A DNA stretch of 64,000 bases from Bdellovibrionota bacterium (lineage in GTDB: Bacteria > Bdellovibrionota > UBA2428), in the NCBI GenBank assembly GCA_964202055.1, contig CAXNGS010000006.1:32426-96425 (forward strand), read 5' to 3'. This document shows, piece by piece, positions 1 through 8,996 of the stretch. A program made the position numbers and the translations under genes. Each line of letters starts with the position of its first letter. Positions within the stretch are counted from its first letter, which is position 1. Below the pieces are notes generated by a model, which saw only the letters and a list, made by a program, of their open reading frames with translations, ran no database searches and was not told where the DNA came from.

Positions 1-1
1 G

Positions 2-283
2 TCGAAGTCTTCTGAAAGCGGATCGAACATCTTAAACAAAGCTAAGGCTGACCTTGAGAAGAGCTTCTCAGTCGCCGGCAATCTTCGCGGAACTTTCTTG
101 GTTACTCAGCGCGCAGCTGAAGACCTCAAGAAAGCTTTGGAAGAACGCGCTCAAACTTCCGGCTTGAGCCGTGAAGCGATCAGCGCGACTCAAGTTCAAC
201 TTCAGAACTTGGGCAGCCAGCTGACGAATCTCGAAAAACTCATCGAAGTTTTCGAAGCTCGTTCTGCTGCAACTAACGCATAA
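2..283 (+). CDS. 3' end of a CDS entering from upstream of the window; coiled-coil-like C-terminus, function unknown
   Basis: Frame 2 is open from base 2 to TAA at 281-283. The track ORF 98..283 starts at an internal TTG. Leu/Glu/Lys/Gln-rich heptad-like sequence, followed by a strong hairpin terminator. Confidence 0.5.
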   Translation, partial: SKSSESGSNILNKAKADLEKSFSVAGNLRGTFLVTQRAAEDLKKALEERAQTSGLSREAISATQVQLQNLGSQLTNLEKLIEVFEARSAATNA

Positions 284-307
284 TTAGCGCTAGTAAAAAG
301 AAAGCTA

Positions 308-347
308 AAAGCCTCGGGTCCCGCAAAGGACTCGAGGCTTTTTTTAT
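308..347. terminator. Rho-independent terminator, bidirectional, between convergent genes
   Basis: AAAGCCTCGGGTCC / loop CGCAAA / GGACTCGAGGCTTT hairpin (about 11-13 bp including one G-U). A-run upstream and T-run 339-347 downstream. Confidence 0.8.
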
Positions 348-361
348 TACTGATTAAAAAA

Positions 362-934
362 TTAAACCGATTTTTCGGGATTCAAAGCGTCGAGCAAAAC
401 TTCTTGAGCCTTAGAAGGGTCTTTGGAGCTCAGGAGCTGGTGGGCCAAGGTGGTCTTCTGGCGCAAGACGTGGAGTTTTTGTTCCACGGTGTCCATCGCT
501 AAGTTGAAGGCTTCGGACAAATCTTGGAACTCGTCATCGGTTCGTAGTTTTAATCGAATGCCTTCGCGGCCAGTCGCGATTTCTTGAAGCCGACGTTTCA
601 GTGCGTAAAGCGGGCCCACGATTTTTCGCGACAAAAACAAAGAGGTAAAAAATAAAACAACGGTGAAAACGAAAAGCGCCAGGACCAACGAGTAGGAAAT
701 CATTTTGAATTCCCATTTCAATTGGTCGACCGCATCGGGCATTCGCACGATCGCGGCTTCGGTTAAAGTTTCGTAGCTCAATTTATTGAAGAACAAAGTT
801 AATCCCATGAAGACCGCGAAAATCAAAGTCGCCATCAAACACAGCGTCAGCGTGAAGCGGTATTGAAAGTCTTTGTCTAAAACTAATTTTACGCGGTTTC
901 GGCGGTTCGTTGGTGTTCTCATTATTTCGGGCAT
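362..934 (-). CDS. Small membrane protein: two TM helices plus a HAMP linker domain, no recognisable output domain
   Basis: TM1 LTLCLMATLIFAVFMGLTLFF, TM2 ISYSLVLALFVFTVVLFFTSLFL, then a HAMP-like segment RKIVGPLYALKRRLQEIATGREGIRLKLRTDDEFQDLSEAFNLAMDTV. The start overlaps the upstream stop. The alternative ATG at 922 gives a TAATG junction. Confidence 0.6.
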   Translation of the reverse strand: MPEIMRTPTNRRNRVKLVLDKDFQYRFTLTLCLMATLIFAVFMGLTLFFNKLSYETLTEAAIVRMPDAVDQLKWEFKMISYSLVLALFVFTVVLFFTSLFLSRKIVGPLYALKRRLQEIATGREGIRLKLRTDDEFQDLSEAFNLAMDTVEQKLHVLRQKTTLAHQLLSSKDPSKAQEVLLDALNPEKSV

Positions 935-2211
935 TCCTCGAGCCCCGCCGCAGTGGCGTGGAGCTTACATAGGAAATAATAAACACTTTTCGTTGTAATT
1001 TCATCTTTCGGGCAACGGTTTCTTGGCTTGGGGAAGGGGAACTGGCTACAAAGCGGCCCAATGACGTCTGAAATCGTCTCTAGGATCGATCCTGGTTGAT
1101 TTAGGTTTTGATACTCGGCCTCGGCACCAAGCTTTTCGTGGATGCGTAGGAAGCCGCCAATTGGCAATCCATTGACCAAGTAAATCGTGGGCTCGGCAGC
1201 GACTTTAGTTGTGGCATCGCCCGCAATTTTTTCAAAGACGAATGAAGTGGGCACCGTTTCTTGCAGCAAAATGTCGCTGATGCTGACCGATTCTTTGCCG
1301 GTCTTCATTTTATTTAAATCTGAGCGAGTTAATTCGATGAGTTCTTGGGGGCTTGAAATGCTGAGCACGCCAATTCCGTATGTTCCGGCGTTGTTTTTAA
1401 CGATCAAACGAGGAGGGGTTTTGATTTCGCGCTTTTCGTAATCACGTCGCAACTCGGCCAAAAATTCTTCGGCGTTTTTAGCTAAACGTTCGCGGTCTTC
1501 GGCTTTTGAAAAATCAATGCCGGTGATGTGGGCGCTTTTTGGCATGAAATAAAAAGGATCGAAGAAAGAAAATTCCTTCGCGATTTTATTCAGCAGTCCA
1601 TCGACGATTTCAAAGTGCTGAGATTTTCGGCGGCGATACCAACCAAGGCTGGGGCTCGGGAAACACGGTGTTTTAGTGCGGTCTAAAAATTCTTTGAGTG
1701 TGGGAATCATTCCGCCGCTCAAATCATGATTCAAAATAACCGCGTCGCAATTCTCGAGCGCAGCAGGCATCGGAATGTAAGTCAGGTGCTTGCCATTGGA
1801 GGCTTGAACGATCCAAGGACGCGGAATTGGCGCGCCCGACCAGGCTAATTGAACCTCGCAGTTAGCTAGCGAAAGCATATCGATAATGCCGGTCAGGTTT
1901 TCTAAATAACCTTTGTTGTTCGTGTGGGCTTCGGGAACCAATGCGACTTTCCAGGGACTTGGTTTTAAAAGTTTGGCGGATAAAAACTGTCGAAGTTTTT
2001 CGGCACCACGCTCGAGATCTTGGGGGTGCAGTCGATTGAAACCAGCAGGAAATAAATTGACGTCGACCACGCCGACTTTCCATCCGGCATCGCGGATGTC
2101 CATCGAAGTGTAAACCGGGTATCCGCAGCTCGAGGTGTAACGGGCCAAAAAGGCCGTTACTGCGTCGATCTCTTCATCGAGTTGTGCGAAAAAATTACGA
2201 CTGTTCGCCAT
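922..2211 (-). CDS. Glutamate--cysteine ligase-like protein (GshA, Acidithiobacillus-type family), assignment from memory of family motifs
   Basis: 429 aa. The N-terminal block YTSMDIRDAGWKVGVVDVNLFPAGFNRL resembles the GshA (PF08886-type) family as I recall it. Overlaps the upstream ATPase gene by 17 nt. Confidence 0.5.
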   Translation of the reverse strand: MANSRNFFAQLDEEIDAVTAFLARYTSSCGYPVYTSMDIRDAGWKVGVVDVNLFPAGFNRLHPQDLERGAEKLRQFLSAKLLKPSPWKVALVPEAHTNNKGYLENLTGIIDMLSLANCEVQLAWSGAPIPRPWIVQASNGKHLTYIPMPAALENCDAVILNHDLSGGMIPTLKEFLDRTKTPCFPSPSLGWYRRRKSQHFEIVDGLLNKIAKEFSFFDPFYFMPKSAHITGIDFSKAEDRERLAKNAEEFLAELRRDYEKREIKTPPRLIVKNNAGTYGIGVLSISSPQELIELTRSDLNKMKTGKESVSISDILLQETVPTSFVFEKIAGDATTKVAAEPTIYLVNGLPIGGFLRIHEKLGAEAEYQNLNQPGSILETISDVIGPLCSQFPFPKPRNRCPKDEITTKSVYYFLCKLHATAAGLEECPK

Positions 2212-3289
2212 CTGGTATTTTCTCTAATTCGACTCGAGGCCACTGGCTAAGGATTTCTCTTCCGGCTTTTTCCAGTTCCGAAATGTCTAGTTTTCTGGGA
2301 TTGACGACCGGATAGGTCATCACAAAAGGAATCCAGCGGCTCAAGCTTTTGATTTGCTCGAGTAAATTGTTTTGAGCTGTCCACCGAGCTTGGATCTGGT
2401 CGTAGAATTTCACGGAAAGCTGCTTAAAGCTCGCGGGAACTGGGCTTCGAGGCAAGCATCGATTGATCAGCAATCGATAGGGCCCCGGCAATTCACGGGC
2501 CCGTAAATCGATGGTCATCAGTTCGATTTCACGAAAACTTTTGCTATCAGGGGCACTGATCATCAAGACACTGGTGTCGCTCGATTGAATCCATTCATGT
2601 GCTCCGTTGGCGACTTGAAGAAGTCGCTGATGGAGCGGACGGCTCAGATTTAAGAGTTCGCTAAGTTCCGTGAAAAACGTGGAGCCAAAAACCCCACGGA
2701 ATATTCCAAAGGCTTTTTCTTGGCCGCTTTTAAGGAGCCCGCTCCAGAATCCTTTTTTGCTATCGGATGCGTCTTCGCTTTTTACAAAACGAGAAAGAAT
2801 TCCTTCATCGAAAAATTTGATCAAGTGTTTGGGGCTGTCGATGAAGTCTAAAGCATGGCGAGATGGTGCGGTGTCGAGCACGCAGAAATCAAAAAGTCCG
2901 CTCTCGCGAATCGATAAAAGTTTTTCTAAACTCAAATACTCTTCGATGCCGCCCAAGTGACCTTCGATGATTTCAAAAAAACGGTGTTCAATGATTTTTT
3001 TGGCTAAATCTTCGCGCTTGGTGGTGCGGCGAACTAATTCGGAAAGTGCGGTTTTTTGATCCAACCATTGGGCGTAAAATTCTCCGCCACTGGGGAATTT
3101 TTTTACCAACTGAGCTTCGTTGGAAAGTTTTTCGAGTCCTAAGGCTTGGGCGAGTCTTCGCGCAGGATCGATGGTGATGGTGACTGTTTTATATCCCGCT
3201 TCGGCGAGTGCGAGTCCAAAACTTGCAGCGGTGGTGGTTTTACCAACCCCGCCTGTACCTACAAAAATAACAAGCCGGGTTTTTTTCAT
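2195..3289 (-). CDS. ArsA/GET3-family P-loop ATPase (anion-transporting-ATPase-like)
   Basis: Deviant Walker A VGTGGVGKTT, the TIDPARRLAQALG block, and the VLDTAPSRHALDFI switch-like block typical of the ArsA family. ATGA overlap with the upstream paralog. Confidence 0.7.
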   Translation of the reverse strand: MKKTRLVIFVGTGGVGKTTTAASFGLALAEAGYKTVTITIDPARRLAQALGLEKLSNEAQLVKKFPSGGEFYAQWLDQKTALSELVRRTTKREDLAKKIIEHRFFEIIEGHLGGIEEYLSLEKLLSIRESGLFDFCVLDTAPSRHALDFIDSPKHLIKFFDEGILSRFVKSEDASDSKKGFWSGLLKSGQEKAFGIFRGVFGSTFFTELSELLNLSRPLHQRLLQVANGAHEWIQSSDTSVLMISAPDSKSFREIELMTIDLRARELPGPYRLLINRCLPRSPVPASFKQLSVKFYDQIQARWTAQNNLLEQIKSLSRWIPFVMTYPVVNPRKLDISELEKAGREILSQWPRVELEKIPDGEQS

Positions 3290-4230
3290 ATTAGAGCTTT
3301 CTCGATTTCATCAGAAAGTTGGACCAATGAGAGATCGGGCTCGGCTTGAATCTCTGCAAGTTTCATTAAGCGATCTGTAGGCGAAAGCTTGCTTTGCAGA
3401 TCAGCAATGACTTCTTGCTCTTCTGTAAAAATTTCTTTTTCAACCACTAAGAATTCATCCCAAGTGCTGCCTTCAGCTTGAGGGGCTCGTGAGTCCTCAA
3501 AGTTCGGGCGAATTCGGTTGACCACAATGTGTCTTGCGTTCATCCCGCGTTGTTTTAAATCAGCTTTAAGTTCGAGAGTTTCTTTGGCGGGCAATTCACT
3601 AGGCAAAGTCATCAAATAAATTTCGGTGTTATTCCCGTTTTTAACGAAATTAAATATTTCAGCGGATTGGCGCAAAATAATTCCTGCTGAAAAAACGCGG
3701 GTGAGCGCTTCAATGCTGGAAAAAAGCGCAAGAAAATGTCCGGTCGACGGAGCATCGACGATCACGTGCTTCCAGCGAGTGCTGGTTTCGGGGACGGATC
3801 CCTCGGTGCATTCAAAGTGAATTTTTCCGAGCATCGCCGAAGGTTCAAGTCCTGGGCAGACTTCGATAAAAGATTTCACGATCGAATTCGAAAAAACCCC
3901 ACTCACGATTTTTTCGCGAATTCCCGCGGTCGCTTCGCCTAACATCGAAGATCCTGATCCCGGAAAAAGCGCTCGGGTGAAGTATTCTTGAAAACTTTCT
4001 TGAGGCATGATTTTGCAGCCCCAAACTTGGTTGATTTTGATGCTAGGGCGAATTTGGTATTGTGGATTCTCAATGCCCAAAAGGCTGGCGCATTGGCCGC
4101 TGCCTTGAACGTCGATGGTCAAAATTGGCAAGTTCCGCGGATCTTTCGCGAGCGCCATGGTGAGCGCCGCTGCAAAGGTTGATTTTCCGGTGCCACCCTT
4201 GCCGGATACGAAGTGCAATTTTGCTGTCAT
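3286..4230 (-). CDS. ArsA/GET3-family P-loop ATPase, paralog of the downstream gene
   Basis: SGKGGTGKST Walker A and IVDAPSTGHFLALF block. The start is uncertain. ATG at 4230 (MTAKLHFVSGKGG) gives the usual spacing before the P-loop. The track ORF extends to a GTG at 4257. Confidence 0.65.
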   Translation of the reverse strand: MTAKLHFVSGKGGTGKSTFAAALTMALAKDPRNLPILTIDVQGSGQCASLLGIENPQYQIRPSIKINQVWGCKIMPQESFQEYFTRALFPGSGSSMLGEATAGIREKIVSGVFSNSIVKSFIEVCPGLEPSAMLGKIHFECTEGSVPETSTRWKHVIVDAPSTGHFLALFSSIEALTRVFSAGIILRQSAEIFNFVKNGNNTEIYLMTLPSELPAKETLELKADLKQRGMNARHIVVNRIRPNFEDSRAPQAEGSTWDEFLVVEKEIFTEEQEVIADLQSKLSPTDRLMKLAEIQAEPDLSLVQLSDEIEKALI

Positions 4231-4423
4231 ATGGATTCTATTGAGGAATCTTTGCACTTTTATGAGGGAGCTTCAATCAAAGAAGGGCGCTCGATGTGGT
4301 CAAATTTTTTCTGGCCGCGACCCGTCAAGCAACAGTCTAATGATACGGAACACTAGAAACTTTGTGACATTGTGGATTCAGCAGATGGGCTTTAGACTTT
4401 CTATGAAATTGGAGGTCTATATT

Positions 4424-5035
4424 ATGAATTTTTCAAAATTTGCAAAGAAGTTATTAGTCTTGGGGATTTTCTCGACAGTTACCATGTCGTGCGCTCCTCG
4501 CGAGTTCACTCAAGGTAAATACGACAACCCCGATGAAGCTCTGCTTTTAGATGACAAATTCAATGAATCCGATGCAAAAGCTCTGATCGAAGACATGATC
4601 ACATCATTGGCCGATCACCCAGTTTTTAAAGACGCACGAGTTCCGCCAATCGTTCAGGTCGAAACCGTTCGTAATAAAACTTCGGAACACGTCGACACCA
4701 AGGCCTTGACCGATTCTTTGCGCACACAACTCATTAAAACTGGTCGCGTTCGCTTCTCCAATAAAGAAGACCGAGACACCGTTTCTGAAGAATTGGATTA
4801 TCAAAACGATTCGGGTCGAGTTCGTGCAGACACTCGCAAACGTCGCGATGGATCGATTGGCACCGATTATGTGTTGACCGGTGATTTGATTTCTAACGTC
4901 CAGCAAGTTGGTGGTCGTAAGGCGATTTACTATCGACTGACTTTGAACTTGACCAATGTCACAACCAACTTGATTGAATGGTCTGATGAAAAACCCATTC
5001 GTAAAAAATATAAAAAACAATCGATCAGTATGTAA
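4424..5035 (+). CDS. lpoB: LpoB-like lipoprotein (penicillin-binding protein activator family, COG3417-like)
   Basis: GGAGG at 4411-4415, 8 nt before ATG 4424. Signal peptide with lipobox TMSC. Family-like blocks VETVRNKTSEHVDTKALTDSLRTQLIKTGRVRF and DYVLTGDL...YYRLTLNLTNVTTNLIEWSDEKPIRK. The track ORF 4115.. is an upstream read-through extension. Confidence 0.6.
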   Translation: MNFSKFAKKLLVLGIFSTVTMSCAPREFTQGKYDNPDEALLLDDKFNESDAKALIEDMITSLADHPVFKDARVPPIVQVETVRNKTSEHVDTKALTDSLRTQLIKTGRVRFSNKEDRDTVSEELDYQNDSGRVRADTRKRRDGSIGTDYVLTGDLISNVQQVGGRKAIYYRLTLNLTNVTTNLIEWSDEKPIRKKYKKQSISM

Positions 5036-5062
5036 TATTGGTGTGATATTGGCTGATTCTTG

Positions 5063-6283
5063 ATGAAAATCGCTCGTGCAGGACTGGTTGCAGCGCTGGT
5101 TCTTTTGGGGTCCTGTGCGAGCCAAAGTTACTACAATGATTCGGGTCACTATCTGATGACTCAACGGCGCTTTGCAGAGGCCGCCGCAGAATTCTCCAGC
5201 AAATCTCAAAAAGCCGGCAAGAACCAGCTGCTTTATTTGATGGATGCGGGAGTCGCGTATTTTGATTCACAAAACTATGAGGCCGCGATTGAGCATTTTT
5301 TGCGGGCTGAAAATCTTGCGGAAATTAAGGACTACACCAGTTTGTCGGAAGAGGCTGGAGCACTGCTAACCTCGGATTCCGCAAAATTGTATCGTGGCGA
5401 AGATTTTGAAAAAGTTTTGATCAATGTCTATTTGGCCTTGGCCTTTGCCGCGATTGGAAAACTAGAAGATGCGCAAGTCGAAGCTCGAAAAATTAATTTA
5501 ATTCTTTATCGAATGATCAATGAAGGCAAAAGAAATTATCAGGAATCACCTTTTGCTCGTTATTTATCGGGAATCATCTGGGAGGCTGGTGGCGATCTTA
5601 ATGCGGCTTACGTCGATTATCGTTACGTTCAACAACTCAACCCAAGCTTTCCGGGCATAGGTAGTGATTTGATTTATCTCGCCAATCGCTTGGGCTTTCG
5701 AGATCAAGAGCGCCAATGGCGCGAGCAATATCCCAACGTCGCACTGCGAGCGCGGCGCAGTGAGCGCAGTGAAATCGTGGTATTTTTTGAAAGGGGACAT
5801 GGTCCCCTAAAAGAACCACGCGATGGCGGAAATTCTTCGCTTCCTCGATTTGTGCCTCGCTACTCTAACGAAGCCGGGGCGCGAGTTCTGGTCAATGGAA
5901 TGGAGCAAGGCAAAATGCTGAGCGGAGTGGACATTGAAAACACCTCGGTTGATTTTTTGGAATCAAAAATGGGTAAACTCATTGCGCGAAAATTATTGAG
6001 CGCGACCGTTAAGGGCGCGGTGGCGGCCGGAGTTTCTTCGAAATCAGATGATGCGGGACTTGGTTTTTTGATTTTTCAATTGCTGATGGCCGTGGATCAA
6101 GCCGACTTGCGATGCTGGCGATCCTTGCCGGCAGAAATTCAAATGCTGCGAATTCCGGTCCAAGCCGGTGTTCATGAGGTGGTGGTGCAGGTCTTGGATT
6201 ACGGCGGGGCACCTCATCGAGAAATTCGGTTGGGACCTGTAAACGTCAAACGCAATGAGTTTAAATTTTTGCCCGTTCGCTAG
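5063..6283 (+). CDS. TPR-repeat lipoprotein, partner gene of the LpoB-like lipoprotein
   Basis: Signal peptide and lipobox LLGSCAS. TPR-like helical repeats (YFDSQNYEAAIEHFLRA, GDLNAAYVDYRYVQQLNP). 24-nt gap after the preceding gene. Confidence 0.55.
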   Translation: MKIARAGLVAALVLLGSCASQSYYNDSGHYLMTQRRFAEAAAEFSSKSQKAGKNQLLYLMDAGVAYFDSQNYEAAIEHFLRAENLAEIKDYTSLSEEAGALLTSDSAKLYRGEDFEKVLINVYLALAFAAIGKLEDAQVEARKINLILYRMINEGKRNYQESPFARYLSGIIWEAGGDLNAAYVDYRYVQQLNPSFPGIGSDLIYLANRLGFRDQERQWREQYPNVALRARRSERSEIVVFFERGHGPLKEPRDGGNSSLPRFVPRYSNEAGARVLVNGMEQGKMLSGVDIENTSVDFLESKMGKLIARKLLSATVKGAVAAGVSSKSDDAGLGFLIFQLLMAVDQADLRCWRSLPAEIQMLRIPVQAGVHEVVVQVLDYGGAPHREIRLGPVNVKRNEFKFLPVR

Positions 6284-6338
6284 CGTTCTTCATAGCTAAA
6301 ATAAAACTTGCGCGAGCTTAGCTGCGGCGATAAACCCT

Positions 6339-7067
6339 GTGAATATGTTTGGACCCATTCACTCCATTGCGTTTGATTTCGACGGCACTTTGGTGAACAC
6401 CATGAATTCGGTGGCGCTTGGAATGCAAAAAGCGATCGCGTCGGTCACTGGGAAAGAAGTTCCCGTCCCAGAATTATTTAAATCATTTGGCCCAGCTCCG
6501 CGTGGAGTTTTGGAAAAGTGGCTTCCGCTTGATCGAGTCGACGAAGCTCTTTTGGTTTGGCTGAAGTTTGATCAAGAACAGGGCCCGGATACTTACGTTC
6601 CTTTCGCCGGCGTTGAGGCCATGCTGATTGAATTGCAGGTCGCTAATTTGCCCTTTGGGATTTTTACCGGACGAGACCGAGCCGGAACACTTCATATTTT
6701 AAATAAACTAGGATGGTTTAATAAGTTCTTTTCTGAGAGCAACATTGTTTGCGGCGATGATGGATTTAAAGCGAAACCATCGGGCCAAGGCTTGAGCCAC
6801 CTGATCAGCACTCTTGGTTGGTCCAAAGAACACACCCTCATGGTCGGCGATCATGAACACGATTTAATGGCGGGTCGTGAAGCAGGGACTAAGACTGCAG
6901 TTGCGCTGTGGGACCAAACTTTTGTAGAAGGCCAAACCAATCGTGCACGCTTTCGTGAAAGCTGGGATCGCTGGCAAGGCAACGACCACATTGACTTGCG
7001 AGTCCCCAAACCAGAAAGCCTGAGCTATTGGATTTTTAAGGACCGCGAGCCTTCGTTAGAAGATTGA
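6339..7067 (+). CDS. HAD-superfamily hydrolase (phosphoglycolate phosphatase/PpaX-like)
   Basis: Motif I AFDFDGTLVNT, motif II FTGR, motif IV MVGDHEHDLMAG. The start is GTG 6339 or ATG 6345. Confidence 0.7.
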   Translation: MNMFGPIHSIAFDFDGTLVNTMNSVALGMQKAIASVTGKEVPVPELFKSFGPAPRGVLEKWLPLDRVDEALLVWLKFDQEQGPDTYVPFAGVEAMLIELQVANLPFGIFTGRDRAGTLHILNKLGWFNKFFSESNIVCGDDGFKAKPSGQGLSHLISTLGWSKEHTLMVGDHEHDLMAGREAGTKTAVALWDQTFVEGQTNRARFRESWDRWQGNDHIDLRVPKPESLSYWIFKDREPSLED

Positions 7068-7101
7068 TTAGAAATAGGGTCTTTTGTATACTCGGGCCCC
7101 T

Positions 7102-8007
7102 ATGAGAAAACTCAATACTTTGTTTCTGATGTTGCTGGTTAACTTTGGAATTTTGCTCACTCTTAGTTTTGTTCTACGAGTGACCGGATTGGAACGCTAC
7201 CTGGCGGCCAACGGAATGGGCTATCAGGGCTTGGCAATATTTTGCATGATTTTCGGAATGGGCGCTTCGTTCATTTCTCTTTTGCTTTCAAAGCGCTTGG
7301 TGAAGTGGCGAATGAAAATTCAATTAGTCGACAGCACCCACATAAATCCCGATGCTCGTCGCTTGTTTGAGATGGTTCGGCATTTGTCTTTGAAGGCGGG
7401 TTTGCCAAAAACTCCCGAAGTAGGAATTTATGAATCACCCGAAGTGAATGCTTTCGCAACAGGTGCCAGCAAGGACGATTCCCTGGTTGCGGTTTCCACG
7501 GGCTTGATTGCCGCGATGAAGTGGGAAGAGGTTGAAGGAGTCTTGGGCCATGAAATCGCGCACATCGCCAATGGCGATATGGTGCGAATGACTTTGTTGC
7601 AGGGGGTGATGAACGCTTTGGTGATGTTTGTTTCTCGAATTGCAGCGCAAATTGTGTTGTCCGCAATGCGCGGCGATCGCGACGAACGTCGAGGCGGAAA
7701 TTTTTTCATGCACTTCATGATCGTTCAGCTTTTTGAAGTTGTGCTGGGACTATTCGGGATGATCGTGGTCAATTCCTATAGCCGTTATCGCGAATTTCGG
7801 GCGGATCAAGGTGGCGCTGATTTAGCTGGTCGACAAAAAATGATCAGCGCTTTGCAAGCTCTTCAAACTCGTATTGAATTTGTGGACAAGGGGCGCCCTG
7901 ACTTGGCGACTATGAAAATTTCATCGGGACGCACCGGGGTTTTGAGTAAATTATTCTCAACCCATCCACCACTCTCCGAACGAATTGCGGCTCTGCAAAG
8001 CTCTTAA
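7102..8007 (+). CDS. htpX: Zinc metalloprotease HtpX (M48 family)
   Basis: N-terminal TM helices, HEIAHIANGD (HExxH), C-terminal HPPLSERI. ATG 7102 (MRKLNTLFLMLL) fits the usual HtpX N-terminus. The track ORF begins at TTG 7084. Confidence 0.85.
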   Translation: MRKLNTLFLMLLVNFGILLTLSFVLRVTGLERYLAANGMGYQGLAIFCMIFGMGASFISLLLSKRLVKWRMKIQLVDSTHINPDARRLFEMVRHLSLKAGLPKTPEVGIYESPEVNAFATGASKDDSLVAVSTGLIAAMKWEEVEGVLGHEIAHIANGDMVRMTLLQGVMNALVMFVSRIAAQIVLSAMRGDRDERRGGNFFMHFMIVQLFEVVLGLFGMIVVNSYSRYREFRADQGGADLAGRQKMISALQALQTRIEFVDKGRPDLATMKISSGRTGVLSKLFSTHPPLSERIAALQSS

Positions 8008-8038
8008 TTAGCGCTTAAATTGCGGTTAAATAAAAAAA

Positions 8039-8070
8039 GCTAGTCTGCTTCAAATGCAGACTAGCTTTTT
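8039..8070. terminator. Rho-independent terminator, bidirectional, between htpX and the convergent reductase gene
   Basis: GCTAGTCTGC / TTCAAAT / GCAGACTAGC perfect 10-bp stem. A-run upstream and T-run 8066-8070 downstream. Confidence 0.8.
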
Positions 8071-8094
8071 CGCGGGTTAAATTTTTTTAAAAAA

Positions 8095-8895
8095 TCAATC
8101 GACTACGTTTTCGCCGCCATCAACACGGATGGTGTTACCAGTGATGAAGTTGCAGTGAGGCAACGACAAAGCAACCAAGGCTTGGCCCACGTCTTCTGGG
8201 GTGGTCAATCGCTTGAACGGATTTCGGCTTCGCGCGGTTTCGATCATGCCTTCATTGCCAGGAATTTTTCGAAGCGCCGGAGTGTCGGTAACGCCCGCTA
8301 AGATCGCGTTGGCGGTGATTCCCATAGGAGCCAACTCGACTGCTAATTGTCGGCAATAGCTTTCTAGTGAAGCTTTGGCCGCACTGACCGCGCCATAGGA
8401 TTTCCATTGGCGACTCGAGCCCGCCGAAGTCATTGCGTAAATTCTCCCATTGCGAGCCATCAGTCCGGAGTTGACCAAATCTTGAGTCCAATAAATCAAG
8501 CTCGAGGCCATTACATCCAAAGTCATTTCGACTTGGGCTTTCGACAAACTAGTGGCGCTGTCTCCGCCCTCGGCGATGATTGGCTTTAAAGCACCGAATG
8601 CCAAGCTGTGTAACAAAACATGAACTTTGCCTTTGGCTTTTTCGCTCATCACCGCGATGGTTTCTTGACGTTTGGTTTCGTCGGCCGCGTTGATGTTAAA
8701 AAACAAACACTCGCGCTTTTTGCTCTTAATTTTTTCAACAATTTCATCAGCGTGGGCTTGGCCCGCTTTGCGGTCCATGTGCACGCCAAAAATATTGAGG
8801 CCTGCTTCAGCCAGCGCTAAACACGAGGCTTCACCGAAGCCGGAAGAAGAACCCAAAACTAAAGCCCATTTACCTTCAAATCCACTATGAATCAT
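8095..8895 (-). CDS. Enoyl-ACP reductase-like short-chain dehydrogenase (FabL/FabI-type)
   Basis: Rossmann motif LVLGSSSGFGEA. Active-site spacing is Y-x6-K (YGAVSAAK) rather than the classical SDR YxxxK, as in enoyl reductases. Confidence 0.6.
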   Translation of the reverse strand: MIHSGFEGKWALVLGSSSGFGEASCLALAEAGLNIFGVHMDRKAGQAHADEIVEKIKSKKRECLFFNINAADETKRQETIAVMSEKAKGKVHVLLHSLAFGALKPIIAEGGDSATSLSKAQVEMTLDVMASSLIYWTQDLVNSGLMARNGRIYAMTSAGSSRQWKSYGAVSAAKASLESYCRQLAVELAPMGITANAILAGVTDTPALRKIPGNEGMIETARSRNPFKRLTTPEDVGQALVALSLPHCNFITGNTIRVDGGENVVD

Positions 8896-8996
8896 AGGCT
8901 TCGCCTTATAGCGATGTCTTCGCTGCTCGTCAAAGTACTGGCTTTAACCTTCTGATTCAAAAGGGGATGATGATTAAGGGGGGCTAACGGCGCGCG

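Noticed and set aside
4115-4423. Upstream extensions of track ORFs: 4115..4423, 14542..14757, 16051..16164, 18864..18953 and 38702..38839.
   Set aside because: These extensions overlap neighbouring genes or lack signal-peptide logic. Internal starts give proper SD spacing (GGAGG before 4424 and 16165), signal peptides or lipoboxes, or the normal N-terminus of the family.
4604-5209. 201-aa minus-strand ORF antisense to the LpoB-like gene. Similar long antisense ORFs occur at 7271..7666, 23389..23784, 32636..33037, 41783..42211, 49525..49902 and 52095..52547.
   Set aside because: Each lies entirely inside a better-supported gene on the other strand. They have biased, low-complexity or Arg/Ser/Pro-rich composition and no start context. 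They are typical shadow ORFs.
8930-8959. Possible sigma-28 (FliA) type promoter upstream of fliD: CAAAGT, 15 nt, CTGATTCA. A weaker candidate lies upstream of csrA (CCGATCTA at 13866-13873).
   Set aside because: These are only partial matches to TAAAGTTT-N11-GCCGATAA-type consensus. The lineage-specific consensus is unknown and such matches can arise by chance. They are not reported as features.
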